64,000 nucleotides of DNA, taken from contig NW_021831988.1 in assembly GCF_006345805.1 (NCBI RefSeq), positions 62,001-126,000 on the forward strand, given 5' to 3'. The notes beneath the pieces were generated by a model. It ran no database searches, was not told the DNA's origin, and was given only the letters and a program-made list of their open reading frames with translations. Positions 24,435-37,619 of the stretch are shown one piece after another. The stretch comes from Octopus sinensis (lineage: Eukaryota). Within the stretch, counting starts at the first letter, position 1. Each line of letters opens with the position of its first letter. A program made the translations under genes and the position numbers.

Positions 24435-26722
24435 CTGTCTGTTCAAAAAAACGTGACCACTTGAAAATGTATGTTTTTTTTAATTTTTGAAAATTTCCAA
24501 TAAATACTGAATTTAGAATCTTTTTATTTACATGATTGATTATTTATTATCACGCGCAATGGATGAAACGCGTGCCTTAAGTGAAACGCCGTGACCTTGA
24601 GAAAACCACGAAAAATCTCGAAATAAAATTAACAATCCTTTGGTGAAAACAAGAATTGAGAGATTAACAATTTATTTAAATAATGGCTAGCCATTTTAAA
24701 ATTACCAAAAAATTAAAAATATTTTAACCTGAAATTTTACCTGTCTAAATTTTTTAACTTGTGATTTAAATACTATTTTTTATTTCCATCTTGATCTTTT
24801 ATTTTAATTCTATTATTTGAAATTAAATCTTCAACAGTAAAGATTTGTTGATGATAAAAAGATTCTAATTTTCGCTTATTTGTCCTTTGATTTGTATCAA
24901 AATCTTTTTTCAGCAAAACATTATTTCCAATTGCAATTTCTTTCAATGCTTTTGAAGAATTTTTTTCCATTCTTTCAAGATATTTGTCATTTATGATAGT
25001 TTGATTTCATGTTCTTTAATTAATTCATCATATTAAAATAAGAAATGTTATATCCTCTTGTTCGGAAAAAACCATAAATGGTGACATATTTACAGAAGAA
25101 TGAATTGAAATATTGTACTGATATACAATTTTTTCCAAAACATCCACCCATTTTTTCTTATTGTCTGTGAATTCTTTTTGAATCCATCTGCAAATGGTTT
25201 GATTGCAACGCTCCACTTGTCCCTGTGATTCTGGATGTCTTGGACGTTCCCTTTTATGAATTATTTTAAATTCTTCGCATAATGACTTTATTTCTGAATT
25301 AACAAATTCTGTTCCGTTGTAAACTGTAAAATTTTTGGTGGACCATAGGAAAGAAATATAGTTTTCAATGATTCCGAAACTGTAACTGCTTCTTTATTTT
25401 CTTTTTTTTAGCAAAACAAAATTTTGAATAAATATCTATGACATTCATAAGATATTTATAGGAATCATTTATATCTGAATAAAACGAAAGATCGACTAAA
25501 TCAACTTGATAACTAAAAATAAACTATTGAATGAACCGTTCTCTAGGTTCTTTAATTACTATGTTGACTAGTGGATATTTTGTCTTTAAGGGCTGACTTC
25601 GCTGACATTTGTGGGATAATGATATTACATCCCTAATTATGTTTTGATTGATTATGCAAAAATTATTTTTGCAATACTCTTCTATTTTATTAAATCCATA
25701 GTGATAAATTGAATGAATCCCTTCACAATGCAGTTTCATGGATTTAAAATCATTTGAGGCAATTACCAATAGCAAACTTATCATTAGATTTAATAGTACC
25801 TCCAGAATTTACGAAATTTCTACATTTTTTGAGAAAACGAAATCTTTTTAGTCTTGAAAAATCTTCTGAATTATTTATTAAAAAATCAAGAATATTCTTA
25901 TATTCCTGATCATCCTTTACAATGTTGGCAAATCACGTTCGATAATATTATCTCAAAGTGCGAAATCATCTTTAATATTGAGTTGATAATTGTCAAGAGC
26001 TTAATTGAAGGTTAAATTCAAGGTCACAGTGCTTCAAGACGATATGCCTTTTTCACCTGCACTGGGTTCTGGTAGTCCAAAAAAGCTTCGTCTAAAGGAG
26101 TAGGTTGGCTCGTTTTTATTGATGGGATTATTTCTACATTTTTTGAGAAAACTAAATCGACTGCACAAAATTTAAATTAGTTCGCGGAAGAAATGAGTTT
26201 AGCTGAGTTCTAATTAATGCACGATAACGACCCAAAACATACAGCTCGACTCACAACTAAATTTCTGGAAGAAAAAGGAATTAAAACAATCAATTGGCGC
26301 CCACAGAGTCCATGTCTTAATCCAATCAAGCATGTGTAGGTCTATATAAAGTTTCGACTAGGTGAAATGAGAAGGCTAGATAAGGAGAAATTAAAGCACG
26401 AAATTATAAAACTTTAGAATAATCTTCTCTCTTAACTAATACAAAATTATGTTTTGAGTTTCTACAAACGAGTTTTAAAAGTCTATAAGGCAAAAGGAAA
26501 ACATATTCAGTATTAAAACATTTGCGGTCACGCTTTATTCAACAAATAATTTTTGGAATATGTTTTTAAGTTGGAAATTTAGCCGACAGTGACAAAAATA
26601 CAAATTGAATTGTGTAGATACAAAAATTTTAAATTTTGTCTTCCTTGAAAATTTTTAAAAAGGAGTTTCAAAAATTTTAATAAAGATACATTTTCAAGTG
26701 GTCTCATTTTTTGAATAGACGG
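24435..26722 (+). mobile_element. Tc1-family transposon (decayed) containing a nested integrase element
   Basis: Imperfect ~37-bp TIRs (ctgtctgttcaaaaaaacgtgaccacttgaaaatgtat) and TA TSD. Transposase C-terminus at 26040-26515: HDNDPKHTARLT..WRPQSPCLNPI. Confidence 0.85.
24582..26036 (-). mobile_element. Ginger/TDD-like integrase DNA transposon (decayed)
   Basis: rve integrase: HYGFNK..CQRSQPLK, *NGTEFVN and GRPRHPESQGQVERCNQTI. Inverted termini tgaaacgccgtgaccttga/tcaaggtcacagtgcttca. No RT or LTR seen. Confidence 0.72.
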
Positions 26723-26815
26723 TATTCCCAAAGAGGATAATTTTTTGTAACAAAAATTATTAAAACTAATTACAACTGTTATCTTTATTTTTTAAAAGAA
26801 CATTAATGTCAAAAT

Positions 26816-27230
26816 CTACTTATTGCTAAATCTCTCAATTTTCATTTCAGCTTCCGCCAACTAAAGTTTATTAGACATGAAATACCATATCAAGGAGAAT
26901 TTCAACTTTAACTTTAAGAAGGTTATTTTCTTTAACCACCTTTGCCATTTCGTTACAAAGTTTTTGGTCGGTTTCGAAAGAATTTGCACCATCGGGGATT
27001 GCTATGACAATCAAAAATACAAAAATAGAACTTGCTCTCCAAAGACCGTCCTCAAAGCGAACCTCAGTCGTTCCGGAACGAAGTTTAATTTCATTTATTT
27101 CAGGGCCGAGTTCGTCACGCAATTGACTAACACTGTGGGTCCGGTTTAATGAAGAAAGTGAAGCTGATATTTGTTTTCGATCTTGTAATTTTCTAACGGA
27201 GAATTTGTCACTTCCTAGAAGGTTGACCAT
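26816..27230 (-). CDS. CBY1: Chibby homolog (basal body / beta-catenin antagonist)
   Basis: SASLSSL..ELG..RFEDGLW..ENNLLKVKVEILLDMLAE matches Chibby (SASLSNL..ELG..KFENGQW..ENNLLRLKVDILLDMLSE). Introns of 30 and 25 nt. Confidence 0.88.
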
Positions 27231-28299
27231 GGTCGAAAAATAGTTGTCTTGGAAATATTAAAAAACATTAAAAATTCAATATCTTAAATATATTTAATAA
27301 TTTTTTTAATTTTAAAAAAATTGTGATTTTTTAGGAAATAATAATTTTGTATAAAGGAAATTAAATATAAGATAAACAAATTAGCTAATAGCATGGTCCT
27401 TCCTGTCGAAAAATTGACGATTCTTTTTTAGAAGAGAAGTTTAAACTCATTTCTTAATTTCGTCGGAATTCTTGGCTGGCTTCCTGAATGTGCGTTGATC
27501 CGAAAATAAAAACTGAGAGCAATTAAAGTTCTATTAATCAATTAATTTTTCAATTGCATTGCTAATTAAATTTAAAAATAATGACAAGTTCAAAACTGAA
27601 AAACTGAACAAAAAACTAAATTTCACTGTATCTGCAAGATCAGGTTGGATATGTTCATTAAAAAATATAATTTTTGAATTTGTTTGTTTTTTCATAAAAA
27701 AGAAACCCAATATTTGAGATTAACATAGAACTTTAACATATACGACACTTCAAAAATGAGAAAATATGATATTTTATCTGAAAAAGAAGATTTAATACAC
27801 TATAGTAATGTGAAAATAGATGGGATGCTGGGACTTGGAAATATGTAAAATCATTAAATATAAATAAGAAAACATTTAAATATAAAGAGAGCATGATTGT
27901 GTCGTAAAACAAATCCGTGGAACAAAGACTTGTAATTTGACCACGCTATCAAAGTATTAGTTCGAAAATCAAGATGAGACTAGCCAAAAGAGTTAAGGTG
28001 TCTATAACACACAAACTACAACTTTTTTACTTTGCTTTCAGAAATTTTCAATGATAAATTAAAAAAATAATGAATCAACCTTTTCTAGATTTAAATTGTT
28101 TTTATCATAAGATTTTATCTAAAAAATTAATAAAAACCATTAAAATCAAAAAGTGCCACCCCTTGTTCACTTTGAAGGCTCGGGACTTAGACAAATAATT
28201 AGATAATTAGTTTATTTTTATTAATAAAGGGATGTCGGTATTTCAATAAATCCAGAAAATTTGAGTATATTTCAATCAACAAATATCTAGAACACATTA

Positions 28300-29880
28300 T
28301 CTTTTCCATCCAGCCTTGTTCCTCGCGCGAAGAGAAGGATACTACACCGAAAGGAAGATATAAAGGACAATACAACTCGACAGTCAACAAACTGTCTATA
28401 CTTCAACGAGACTTAAGATTCAAAATGAAGACCTGCGATCTTGAACAGAAACCCAAACTAAGAAGACTGCGGAACCAAATTCAACACGAAATCAAGAAGA
28501 ATGTGGTCCAATTCTGGTCGGACTTCCTGGACCAGCGTATAATAGAAGTGAAGAAGCTACATTCAGGTGCAAAAATGTTTATGGCTGTGCGTTTACTCAA
28601 ACAGGGATCAGCTAAAACCAGTCCAAAAATTCAAGACGAGTTTTTTATTTTGTATTGGACGTCAGACGCTCAGCTGAACTCATAGCCCGACACTTTAGCA
28701 ATCAGTTCAATCGGGAGGATACTTCATTACTTTCACAATTCGAAAGACAGCCTCGTTCACTGAAAAATATGTTTACAGAGTCCGAGATTCGCTCAGCAAA
28801 GCTTCGACTGAATAACAACAGAGCAGCGGGTTATGATAATATTTGCGGAGAGTTGCTGAAATACGTACCGATTAAGCTTGCAGAAAGGATAACCTTTATA
28901 TTCAATGAGATATTTAGGGCTCATTGCCCAATTGAACTCACGATGGGAGATCTACTTCCTTTGCAAAAACCTGGTAAACCTGCAAGTCCAATTAAAAACC
29001 TCAGGCCAATCGTGCTTTTGACCACGTTGCAAAAAACCCTGTCGATTATAACATTGAATCGTATATCAAAATCAGTTGATCAATACCTGTCGCAAGTCAA
29101 AGCGGATTCAGACCGGGAAGATCAATCGCTGAGATAGTATGGAGTCATCGGTGGCTTATCGCTATATGTCAGAACTACAAAAAAACGATGCACATTTTTG
29201 GAGTTGACCTATCAAAATCGTTCGACAGTATCTACCGAGATAAACTACTGCGGGTTCTCGAGGATATTGTTGATGAAGATTCCTTGAGGATTGTGCGTTT
29301 TCTGCTGGCTGATAAGAGCCTTGTAGTAAAAATGAGGAGAAACTATTCAGATAAATTTCCCAACGGGATTGGTACTCTGCAAGACGATTCTATTTTGCCA
29401 GTCCTCTTTGTAATTTATTTGGAAGCCGCGTTAAGGGATGTCAGAAAGGAATTGCATCACTTAATCATTTTTTGGAATTAATATACCCTGACGACATCGA
29501 TTTTGTATCTGAGGATGTGGAGATTTTAAGAGTTGTAGTAGACAAGGATACAACAGTTTTGAAGTGGTGGTCCCTGAAGATCAATTCGGAAAAGACTGAC
29601 TTAATTCGATTGAGTGGCTATCGACTCGGAATGACGAGAAGTCGAGGTTTACTAAAAGGCTCGGATCGTTTATGAGCGATGCTGAGGACATTCCTTGAGA
29701 AAAATGTTGGCGTCTTGTGCATTAAAAAAGATGTGGACTATCTGGACACGCCGAAAACTTATCTCTCTAAATCTTCGGACACGCTTGTATAATGCGTTCG
29801 TACTACCAATCATATTATACAACTCGGGTGGGGAACATTGAAAACGGACCTTGATAGACTAGACTTTTTTCATTGAAAAA
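28300..29880 (+). mobile_element. RTE-clade LINE RT, frameshifted
   Basis: LNNNRAAGYDNICGELLKY, PLQKPGK..NLRPIVLL, VDLSKSFDSI, YPDDIDF and RLYNAFVLPIILYNSG. Confidence 0.85.
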
Positions 29881-29959
29881 AAAAATTGGATTGAATTTCG
29901 AGGTCGACAAAGACGCACGCTTCCTTTCTGTTTAAGAGATGATTACGCGAAAATTAGCA

Positions 29960-30360
29960 ACCGATTCAAAACCGGGGACGATCTTGAGGACATTCGCAAA
30001 AATTATGTTCCATTTTTGATTTATGACCATTTTTGATTTATGTTTTGGATCGTTGTCATCGTAGAATATCCATTGTTGTGTTACATTTAATTTAGGGACC
30101 GAACGAAACAGGCATTCTTCCAGGATTTCGCAATATTTAAGCGAATTCATTATTCCATTTATTAAAAATAATTCACCGACGCCTGTTGATAAAAACAGCC
30201 CCACAGCATGATACTTCCTCCCCCGTGCTTTTGGTGGGTATGGTGCATTTTGGATTATACGCCTGATTGGATTTACGCCAAATTGAAGGCGTGTAGTTCA
30301 GTCTGAAAAGTTGTATTTTTGATTCACCTGACCATAAAATATTGTTTATGAATTCATTTT
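29960..30360 (-). mobile_element. Tc1 transposase fragment
   Basis: KHGGGSIM..GVGELFLINGIMNSLKYCEILE..YDDNDPKHKSK. Confidence 0.8.
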
Positions 30361-31669
30361 CTTTATGTTAAAATGTATGGCGTTCCATGACTTATTTGCT
30401 CCACTGTAGTGGTACATTTATGACGCGGAATTAGAAATTGTAAAATCGCCCAGTAATGAGACAGATTTTTTTCAGAGATGGAGAAAGCCGCGTGGTTTCC
30501 AAAGTCACTCAAAGTCTATTAAGCCGTAGAAGTAATGAAATCAAGCATATCTGAGTTAAGTGAAAAATTATTCAGCCTAAATTTATAAATCGTAAAAAAA
30601 GAAGTAAATCTATCTTCTTAAAATAGTGGATTGTCTAACATTTTAAAAAACATTCTTTATCGGGCTATTTGAATATATTTTAGAAATTTCAGTTTTGCCG
30701 GAATTGGAGCTTGTTTGAATCCTGTATTTCAGTCAAGAAGATATTTTGTTAACATACTTAACATACTTAATGGACCTATAAGCAGTATACAAAGGCTGAT
30801 TTGAAAGCATTAATAGTACATCGAAAATAAAAAAAAATATAAAAACAGTATTAAATAGCGCCGTATGCGTAGACCTAAAAAATTCTACACGAAATAAAAT
30901 AAGGGCATTGTTATCTGCATTGACGTAGAATAACTATTAGATAATTTTTATTTGTAAAGATGAACAGTAAAATTTAAGTTTTAGAATATTTTAAAGACAT
31001 TTGTAATTGATAGGTAAAAGTGAGCCAGCTTGATCAAATTTGCAGTCATGGAATACTGGGAAGGGATATTAAGCTTTATGACCTGATTATGAATTTTATT
31101 CTCATGCATTTATGCAAGAGATTAAAAATGAAAAGTCTAAAAGTATTTTTCAAGAAAAAAAGTATTTTGGTTAAATATAAGCATGGTCTTTATGGAATTT
31201 GAAAACGTGATTAGGGATATCCAAAGAAATTATGACGACTGGCAATACAAATAAATGACTTTAATCAACAGGGCATCCAGCGATTGACTGTTTAGCAAAT
31301 CTGAATTCACTAAGGAATTCTTGAGTTTGAATAATTAAAAAAATCAAATCTGAATTTACTAAGAAAATCTAACATTTTTGATACCTACTTCATGTGTGAA
31401 ATCGTCTTAACAACATAGTACGCATTTTTGTGGGAAGACATTCCTGTGTCTTTCGCCGCACCCATTTTGCTAGATTTACTGTTTAATGAACGATCATATC
31501 TAGAACTTCAAATTAGCCTACTATATTCGAAAAACAACAATATCTCTGCCTTTGAAGAAAAATTCGATTAAAAAAATCCCCCATAAATCATAACCACTGC
31601 CTTCTTATGCCTGTAATATTTCACTTAGTGTTGATAAAATTTTTTAAAATCAATGTCAAATAATGTAAG

Positions 31670-31915
31670 TAGGTGGTCTCTTTTGCTGTTTTCCCGAGTT
31701 CTGCAGCCTCTACTGCAAAACAAAAAAAAACTGCCAAATATGAAAATCTTAGACAACGGTATCGCCTCGTTCCAATTGTTGTGGAGACATCTGGAGCGAC
31801 ATTTTTCATCAAAGAGGTCATAAGAAAAGTCGCTATACTACGGGGGAGCCTTGGAAAGTGTTATGATTGTTCCAACAAATCGAAATAGCTGTCGTTTACG
31901 GAAATGCACACACGA
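31670..31915 (+). mobile_element. CRE-clade RLE 3' fragment
   Basis: AAST..KTAKYENLRQRYRLVPIVVETSG..LFQQIEIAVVYGNA. Confidence 0.65.
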
Positions 31916-32049
31916 TCAAGCGTGCACCGCATTTGCCTTTTGACAGTGCTCTTTTTTTCACTCTTTAAATAAAATAATGTCATTTGAAAAAATGATATTA
32001 TTTCACCCGAGTAATGTGGTTTTCGAGTAATTATGTTCAGATTAAAAAA

Positions 32050-32250
32050 CACTAATTTGAAATAATTTAACTATCATCTCGCGAGGCGCTCGGCCCGCAA
32101 AGCCACTCCCGCGGATCACGGCGATAGAGCGAAGGGAGCGGAGAGTCTTGGGGCCAAAGATCCCCGAAGACTCCAATGCGATTGATATGAAAAAGGGAAT
32201 TCGAGAGATGGCCGTACTTAGAATCTTGCTATCCTTGGCCAGTTTCAAAA
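32050..32250 (-). mobile_element. CRE-clade RLE 3' fragment
   Basis: FISIALESSGIFGPKTLRSL..LFQISV. Confidence 0.55.
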
Positions 32251-32690
32251 TGTGGTTTTTAGTCAGTAATAGAGAATTTGTGGGTAATCTAAAATAGAAC
32301 TATTGATCAAGTATAATCATAGAGTTAAATTAGCAATTGTTTAATAAACAATTACATAATAAGCGATTTTCAATAAATATAATTTAAATTAAGGGTGTTA
32401 AATCATTAAGAATTAATCAAAAAACACGTTTAAATATTGATGATTATAATCCCTAGACATTGATCTATCATGTAAATAATAAAAATTAATCGAATTACAT
32501 TATTTAAAGTCAAAATCAATTACTTTAATAATCAAGATACCATTAAAATTGTCTCAAATCAACATTATTTTATCCTAATCTATTCCTAATTAAAACAATC
32601 AAATAGAAACCAAAATAAAATTAAAATCAGCCACTTTATATCCAACTTCGAGACTCAAAAGATGTTCATGGAAAGTTGAAGGCGGTGACT

Positions 32691-33762
32691 CTACTGGCTC
32701 CTCCAGGAGCCAGATGTCTGCGCCTGTCGCTGTCCTCTCTTCGTCCTTCCCGGTCTGATATTCGTTATGTATTGCCCCACTGAAGCACAGTCAGATTTAG
32801 GCCTCGGTTCCTCGTATCCCTGATCACTCCGAGTACTACAAATAACTAAAACCACACAAACTCAGAATCTGGCTGAGGCTGGGCGAATGTAGTCGGTCTA
32901 AAAAACTCAGGAGGACAGTGAAAAGGATAGGGCATTCTGTTTCCCACTGGAATCACCACCGGCTGTCTCTGCCCACCCATATTCGGCATCATTGGAATGT
33001 GTTGATGTGGAATCATAGGCATAAACCTCCCCACTTGAAAAATCAGTGGATTAAACACAGCCGGAATTGGGTACCGCACAGGAGTCTGAGCATAGAAACC
33101 ACAAAAAGCACCACAGTGGGAACCTTCCTGCTTGTATTGAGAGGAGTAGTCCTATGTCGAAGTCTCCCTTCATATTCTCTCAATTTAGAGACTATTTGAA
33201 TAGCAATTGCTCTATTGTCGCTATAGATATGCCATTTCTTATCGCCCTTGACCAATGTCTTGCATTCCTCAGAAGTAATTTCCAAAGGAGTTAGAATTTT
33301 ATCCCACAACTCCTGTTGTGTGTTTATTCCCTCGATATCTGGCAGATCCACAATAAAATCGAGAGTATATCCCTTTATTCGGAGACATTCAGAATCCAAA
33401 AGCAGAAGAGGGGATTCTAGGACAGTCTTTAAGACTATCTCACTTCTAACAGCCTCGGCAATTTCGCTGTGTTGAGCTTTAAGATTCAGCATTTTGTTAA
33501 AGCTGGCAATTATAGAGATTGGAACATATCCATCCTGGTCCATTATATTCCGAAGGTAACGATCATGGGAAAGATTCTCGCTGAAATTGTGTTGTGGGGT
33601 ATATACTCTGAGAAATAGTATTCTAGCTGATTTTGAATCGATTCTTCCCTAGTTCTTGTAACTGAGGATGTTGATGAATGATGGACGTCAGAAATATTGG
33701 AGGATACATCTAACTATGACCCAGGTATAACAACCGAATGTGGGGTCATAAGTAGCTTCCAT
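32691..33762 (-). CDS. LARP4: La-related protein, LARP4-like (short)
   Basis: La motif [38 protein letters not shown], followed by an RRM-like segment and a Pro-rich tail. Micro-introns of 25-29 nt. Confidence 0.7.
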
Positions 33763-34031
33763 TAGTTTAGGGTTAAATTAACAGATATAACAGTATTGTG
33801 GTGTAGCAAGCAAGCCTACAAGTTGCGCTCACACGTGTAATATTTATTTATTTAACTTTTATTAATATTTTATATATTAAATAATAATTAATTAAATCAT
33901 ATTCCATTTTATTGAGCAATCAAAACAAATATACTCTTAAATAAATCTTTTAAATACATATAACAACATAAAGGAAGTATAATTTAGTTTTAATTCGAAT
34001 ATTATTCAAATATGAATAATTATTTTTTTTA

Positions 34032-34125
34032 AGAAAACAATCTTTATCAAAACAAAGAGATAGTTCTTGCCGCTGGAACTTAACGCTTTTCTTTTATCTC
34101 TTTGTTTTGATAAAGATTGTTTTCT
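34032..34125. repeat. Perfect 31-bp inverted repeat (foldback)
   Basis: agaaaacaatctttatcaaaacaaagagata (34032-34062) and tatctctttgttttgataaagattgttttct (34095-34125), with a 32-nt spacer. Confidence 0.9.
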
Positions 34126-35999
34126 GAATAATTATTGAAAAATAATCCTTATTGACATATTTAATTGATTAAATGTCCCCAAAACAACAATTCAAATCAA
34201 TACATTTTCAAATTCATTTATTTGTTTTAAAGTAAAATAAAAAAACTTATATTCTTGTGCCGTCCTTTCCTCAGTTGATTCCACGTGTCCAAACATTCGG
34301 GGTACACTTTGCCTTTGTTGCTTTCGAATAAATTCATTGATTAAAGGAGTCATAAGCACCAATAATATATCAAACAACAATATTTTAAAATTTTTCTGAA
34401 TTATAAGAGATATTCAAATATTTCTCAAATGACAAAATGAAAAAAATTAGTTTTTTTTAAAAAATGGGACTTTGTCTGTCAAGGAAAAGATTTTCCGTGA
34501 GGATTAGGACTTTTACAGCTAACTTTAGATGGCAAGAGACCAATATAGTTCTTCTTATAAGGCAGGTTCGTATTTTCAGCTGTTTTGAAGTAGTTAAAGA
34601 GGATTTCTGATATGCTGTTAGCAGATTTGACATATCTAATGAGCCGTATTTGTCAATGAGAATGTCATCGATAGGGATTGGGCTATAATTTTTAAAATCC
34701 TTGATAGTTTCAGTCAAAACAATTAGGACATAAAAATTGACCACGATTTATTTCTACACATTATGATAAATTTGAGCTAATTAGTAGAAACGGTGGTTTA
34801 GTGAGTCGAATTTCCGTCCCCTGAGTCCGTTTCAGAGAAGACTAAATAGATTTCCGGGATTTCTCTTTCACAGTAGGAATCTTTTTATCCACTCTGTGGA
34901 AAATGAGGTTAACAAGATTAAATGTTAATTTTAGCATATAGCGGTTCGTTCCAATTTTCTGGTACTGTTTTCAAAAGTATTACGTTTCAGGACTAAATAT
35001 AAAATGGGATGGATAATCGTCCCAAAAAACAAATAGAAAGATTTTTAGATCAGGATTCCGACTCCCTAAAAATCACAATCTGCTGCAATCTCCTTTCTTT
35101 TTGAGACTTTGCAGTAGGTTTTTATGAGTCGAATCTATTGTGAGAGCTAGGCAACAAATCCCTGATATTTTTGAAGGGATTGACGGTAACATCGTTTGCT
35201 GGAATTCGGAGGAATGCAGAATTTCCCAAAGCAATGGAGAACAGTTCAAAGGATCTTTTTAGAGATCATCAACATACATGAGAAGATCTGTCCGAGTGTT
35301 TAAAAAAAATGAAAAGTTACTCATAGCCATATCAAATAAAGTAATGCTCTGAAGAATTCTTCTTTGACTTGTTTGAAGTAAAATCCAATTCAGAAATGAA
35401 TGAGTAACAATTTTAAAATAAGTTTAAATATTACTCCTCATCGTTAGGAAGGAGCACAAGATTCTTTTGAGATACAAAGACCTTTGAGATGTCAGGGTAT
35501 TAAGGGACCGACGCCTAGTGGCACATCTCGCGCATTTCTTGCCTTTTAAAGTCCGAGAAATACAGACTTTTTTCTCTTTTCTATTGTGCCTTAAAGTAAA
35601 GTTTTCCTGGAATTGCCGAACCACTACAAACTTGATTCGTTCATTCAAGGAGAGTTCGTCGATCCCCGATGATCTCTCTAAATTTGCCCGAAAACGTGCA
35701 TATGTGACTTGAAGATTTTTTCTACTAGATATTCCTGGAAACAACATAGGAAATCAATTTAGAGGTCCTTACAGCCTTCTTTCTAGCAAGATCTAGTTGT
35801 GAAATTTTACCAAAGTTACTTAGTAATGATTGGTCAACTCCCATGCTACTTGTCTCCAAGTTGAACAAGGAAAAGACCAGTAAATCCTAATTGGCGTCAA
35901 TTAGTCCATTAGGTTGCATATCGAGGTTGTAAGCGAATCATCTCTTATAACTGTCGTGCTCCGCCCCTGAGATACAGAGATGCCTTTGACAATCCGATG

Positions 36000-36535
36000 A
36001 TCACCTTAGATCGCCTAGAATAAAATTTCTGAATGCCTATGCGGGGAAGAATGTATGGAAATTTAAAGGAACACAAAAACATCAACTGAATCCGATTGTT
36101 ACTATGATCAGAACAAAATATACTCAAAAAATCGTAGAAGATATCGGGTTGAGTCAATTAAAAACCGTCTGAAGTTGAAATTGACAAGATCAGAAAACTG
36201 AATAAGCGCAATCCTAAATTCTAAAAAACATACCAACGTTTTAGCAGAAATGGGGCGATAACACAAGAAGAGGTCAAACAGGAAATTTCTGTTTAAAGAA
36301 CAAGACACCTAGTTTTGATTACATCCCTCAGATATTGTTAAAGAAGGCCACAAAAATTTTGATATGAGCGCGGGCTATGATGTTTAACGTCAGGTAGAAG
36401 TTTGGAAACGTTTTATCAGCGTAGAAACATACGATCGTTCGAATGGTATCAAAACAGGCTAAAGCGACACTGCTAGCAGTGAACTATCGGCCAATAGCCT
36501 CATTTGTGCTTTATCAAAAACAATAAAAAAGATTT
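36000..36535 (+). mobile_element. LINE RT N-terminal fragment
   Basis: ITQEEVKQEI..KNKTPSFDYIPQILLKKA and NYRPI..LICALSK. Confidence 0.65.
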
Positions 36536-36566
36536 TCTTTTTTTTGTGGAATTACCAAATTTGCTT

Positions 36567-36970
36567 TCATAGCTACTCCCGTCGTTTACTCGTGCTTAAG
36601 TGAATCTCTTCACGCTGACATTCAGGGAACTAGGCAGAAATCACACTGCGTCAAAACTGTTTACCAGCCTTTATCTATTGACCAGAGGCTACTAACCTTG
36701 GAGACCTGTTGCGGTTTTTAGTATCGCCAAAGTGATTGTTAAACTGTAACAAGTGTTTTATAAAACGTCGGGGGTACACTGGACATAGCAAAAACTTCAA
36801 TGCTCTACAGATAAGATCGTAACAATCAACAACTTTTTTGCTCGCTAAATTATTTCAAGAAAAGTCGACCCTTTATAAGAAAATATAACTCTTTCCAGGA
36901 CACCTGCAATCTTAGATTGTTACAACAGGGTCGCCGCATATGTTCAAAATATTAACTTCGTTTTTTTTCG
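36567..36970 (-). pseudogene. Decayed 28S (LSU) rRNA fragment with internal deletion
   Basis: Plus-strand tactcccgtcgtttactcgtgct..ctgacattcagggaactaggcagaaatcacactgcgtcaa and ccagaggctactaaccttggagacctgttgcgg are reverse complements of conserved eukaryotic LSU core segments. Confidence 0.8.
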
Positions 36971-37619
36971 CACACAGACTTTATTCATCTGTCCATGTCA
37001 CATATTAGTCTTTAGTCACCATTTCGTTTTTCTATCTCGTTGGATATTTTAATCTTTGGAGAAAAAAGATCGATATCTTGTATTTTAATATAACTTCACA
37101 TTGTTCTCTTTTTTAACATGTTAGTGAATCCTCCAACGTCGACAGTCTAAGAGAGGAAAGTCTAGGTTTTGATTCTCGTGCTTCCCAGCTATTACGAGAA
37201 CAGATGAGACAAGCTAACATAATAAAATGTCCTATTTTGCAACTTAATTAAATCATTTCCGTTTTCGAATACGCCATTGAAAACAGTTTTAAAGTAATTA
37301 AAGTTTTCTGGTAATTAATTACAGCGGAATTAGCAAGGCAATTTTTTATACGTCTTTACAAATAAAATTCTTGCTTCCTCCTGATTCATAATATTATTTT
37401 TTGCAGAAAAAGAATTAGACTTTCCATTAAGAATATAAAATCTGGCATATAAAAAACAATTATAAAAACACACAAATAAAACAAATAAATATAAACCACT
37501 GATTTTTCTTAGTACTAATTCATTTTTTTCTTATCTATTTTCTATTCCCGGAGGAAAAAAAGAAATCAAGAACCTCAACGATACCATCACTAAGAAACTC
37601 AAAGCATCTCACTAAGAAA

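Noticed and set aside
36440-36530. Additional 3' 28S rRNA segment (aaagcgacactgct..)
   Set aside because: Better explained as LINE RT coding sequence (NYRPI..LICALSK).
37120-37215. Second SINE/tRNA-like element (ggttttgattctc)
   Set aside because: Only a weak B-box, with no A-box, TSD or tail identified.
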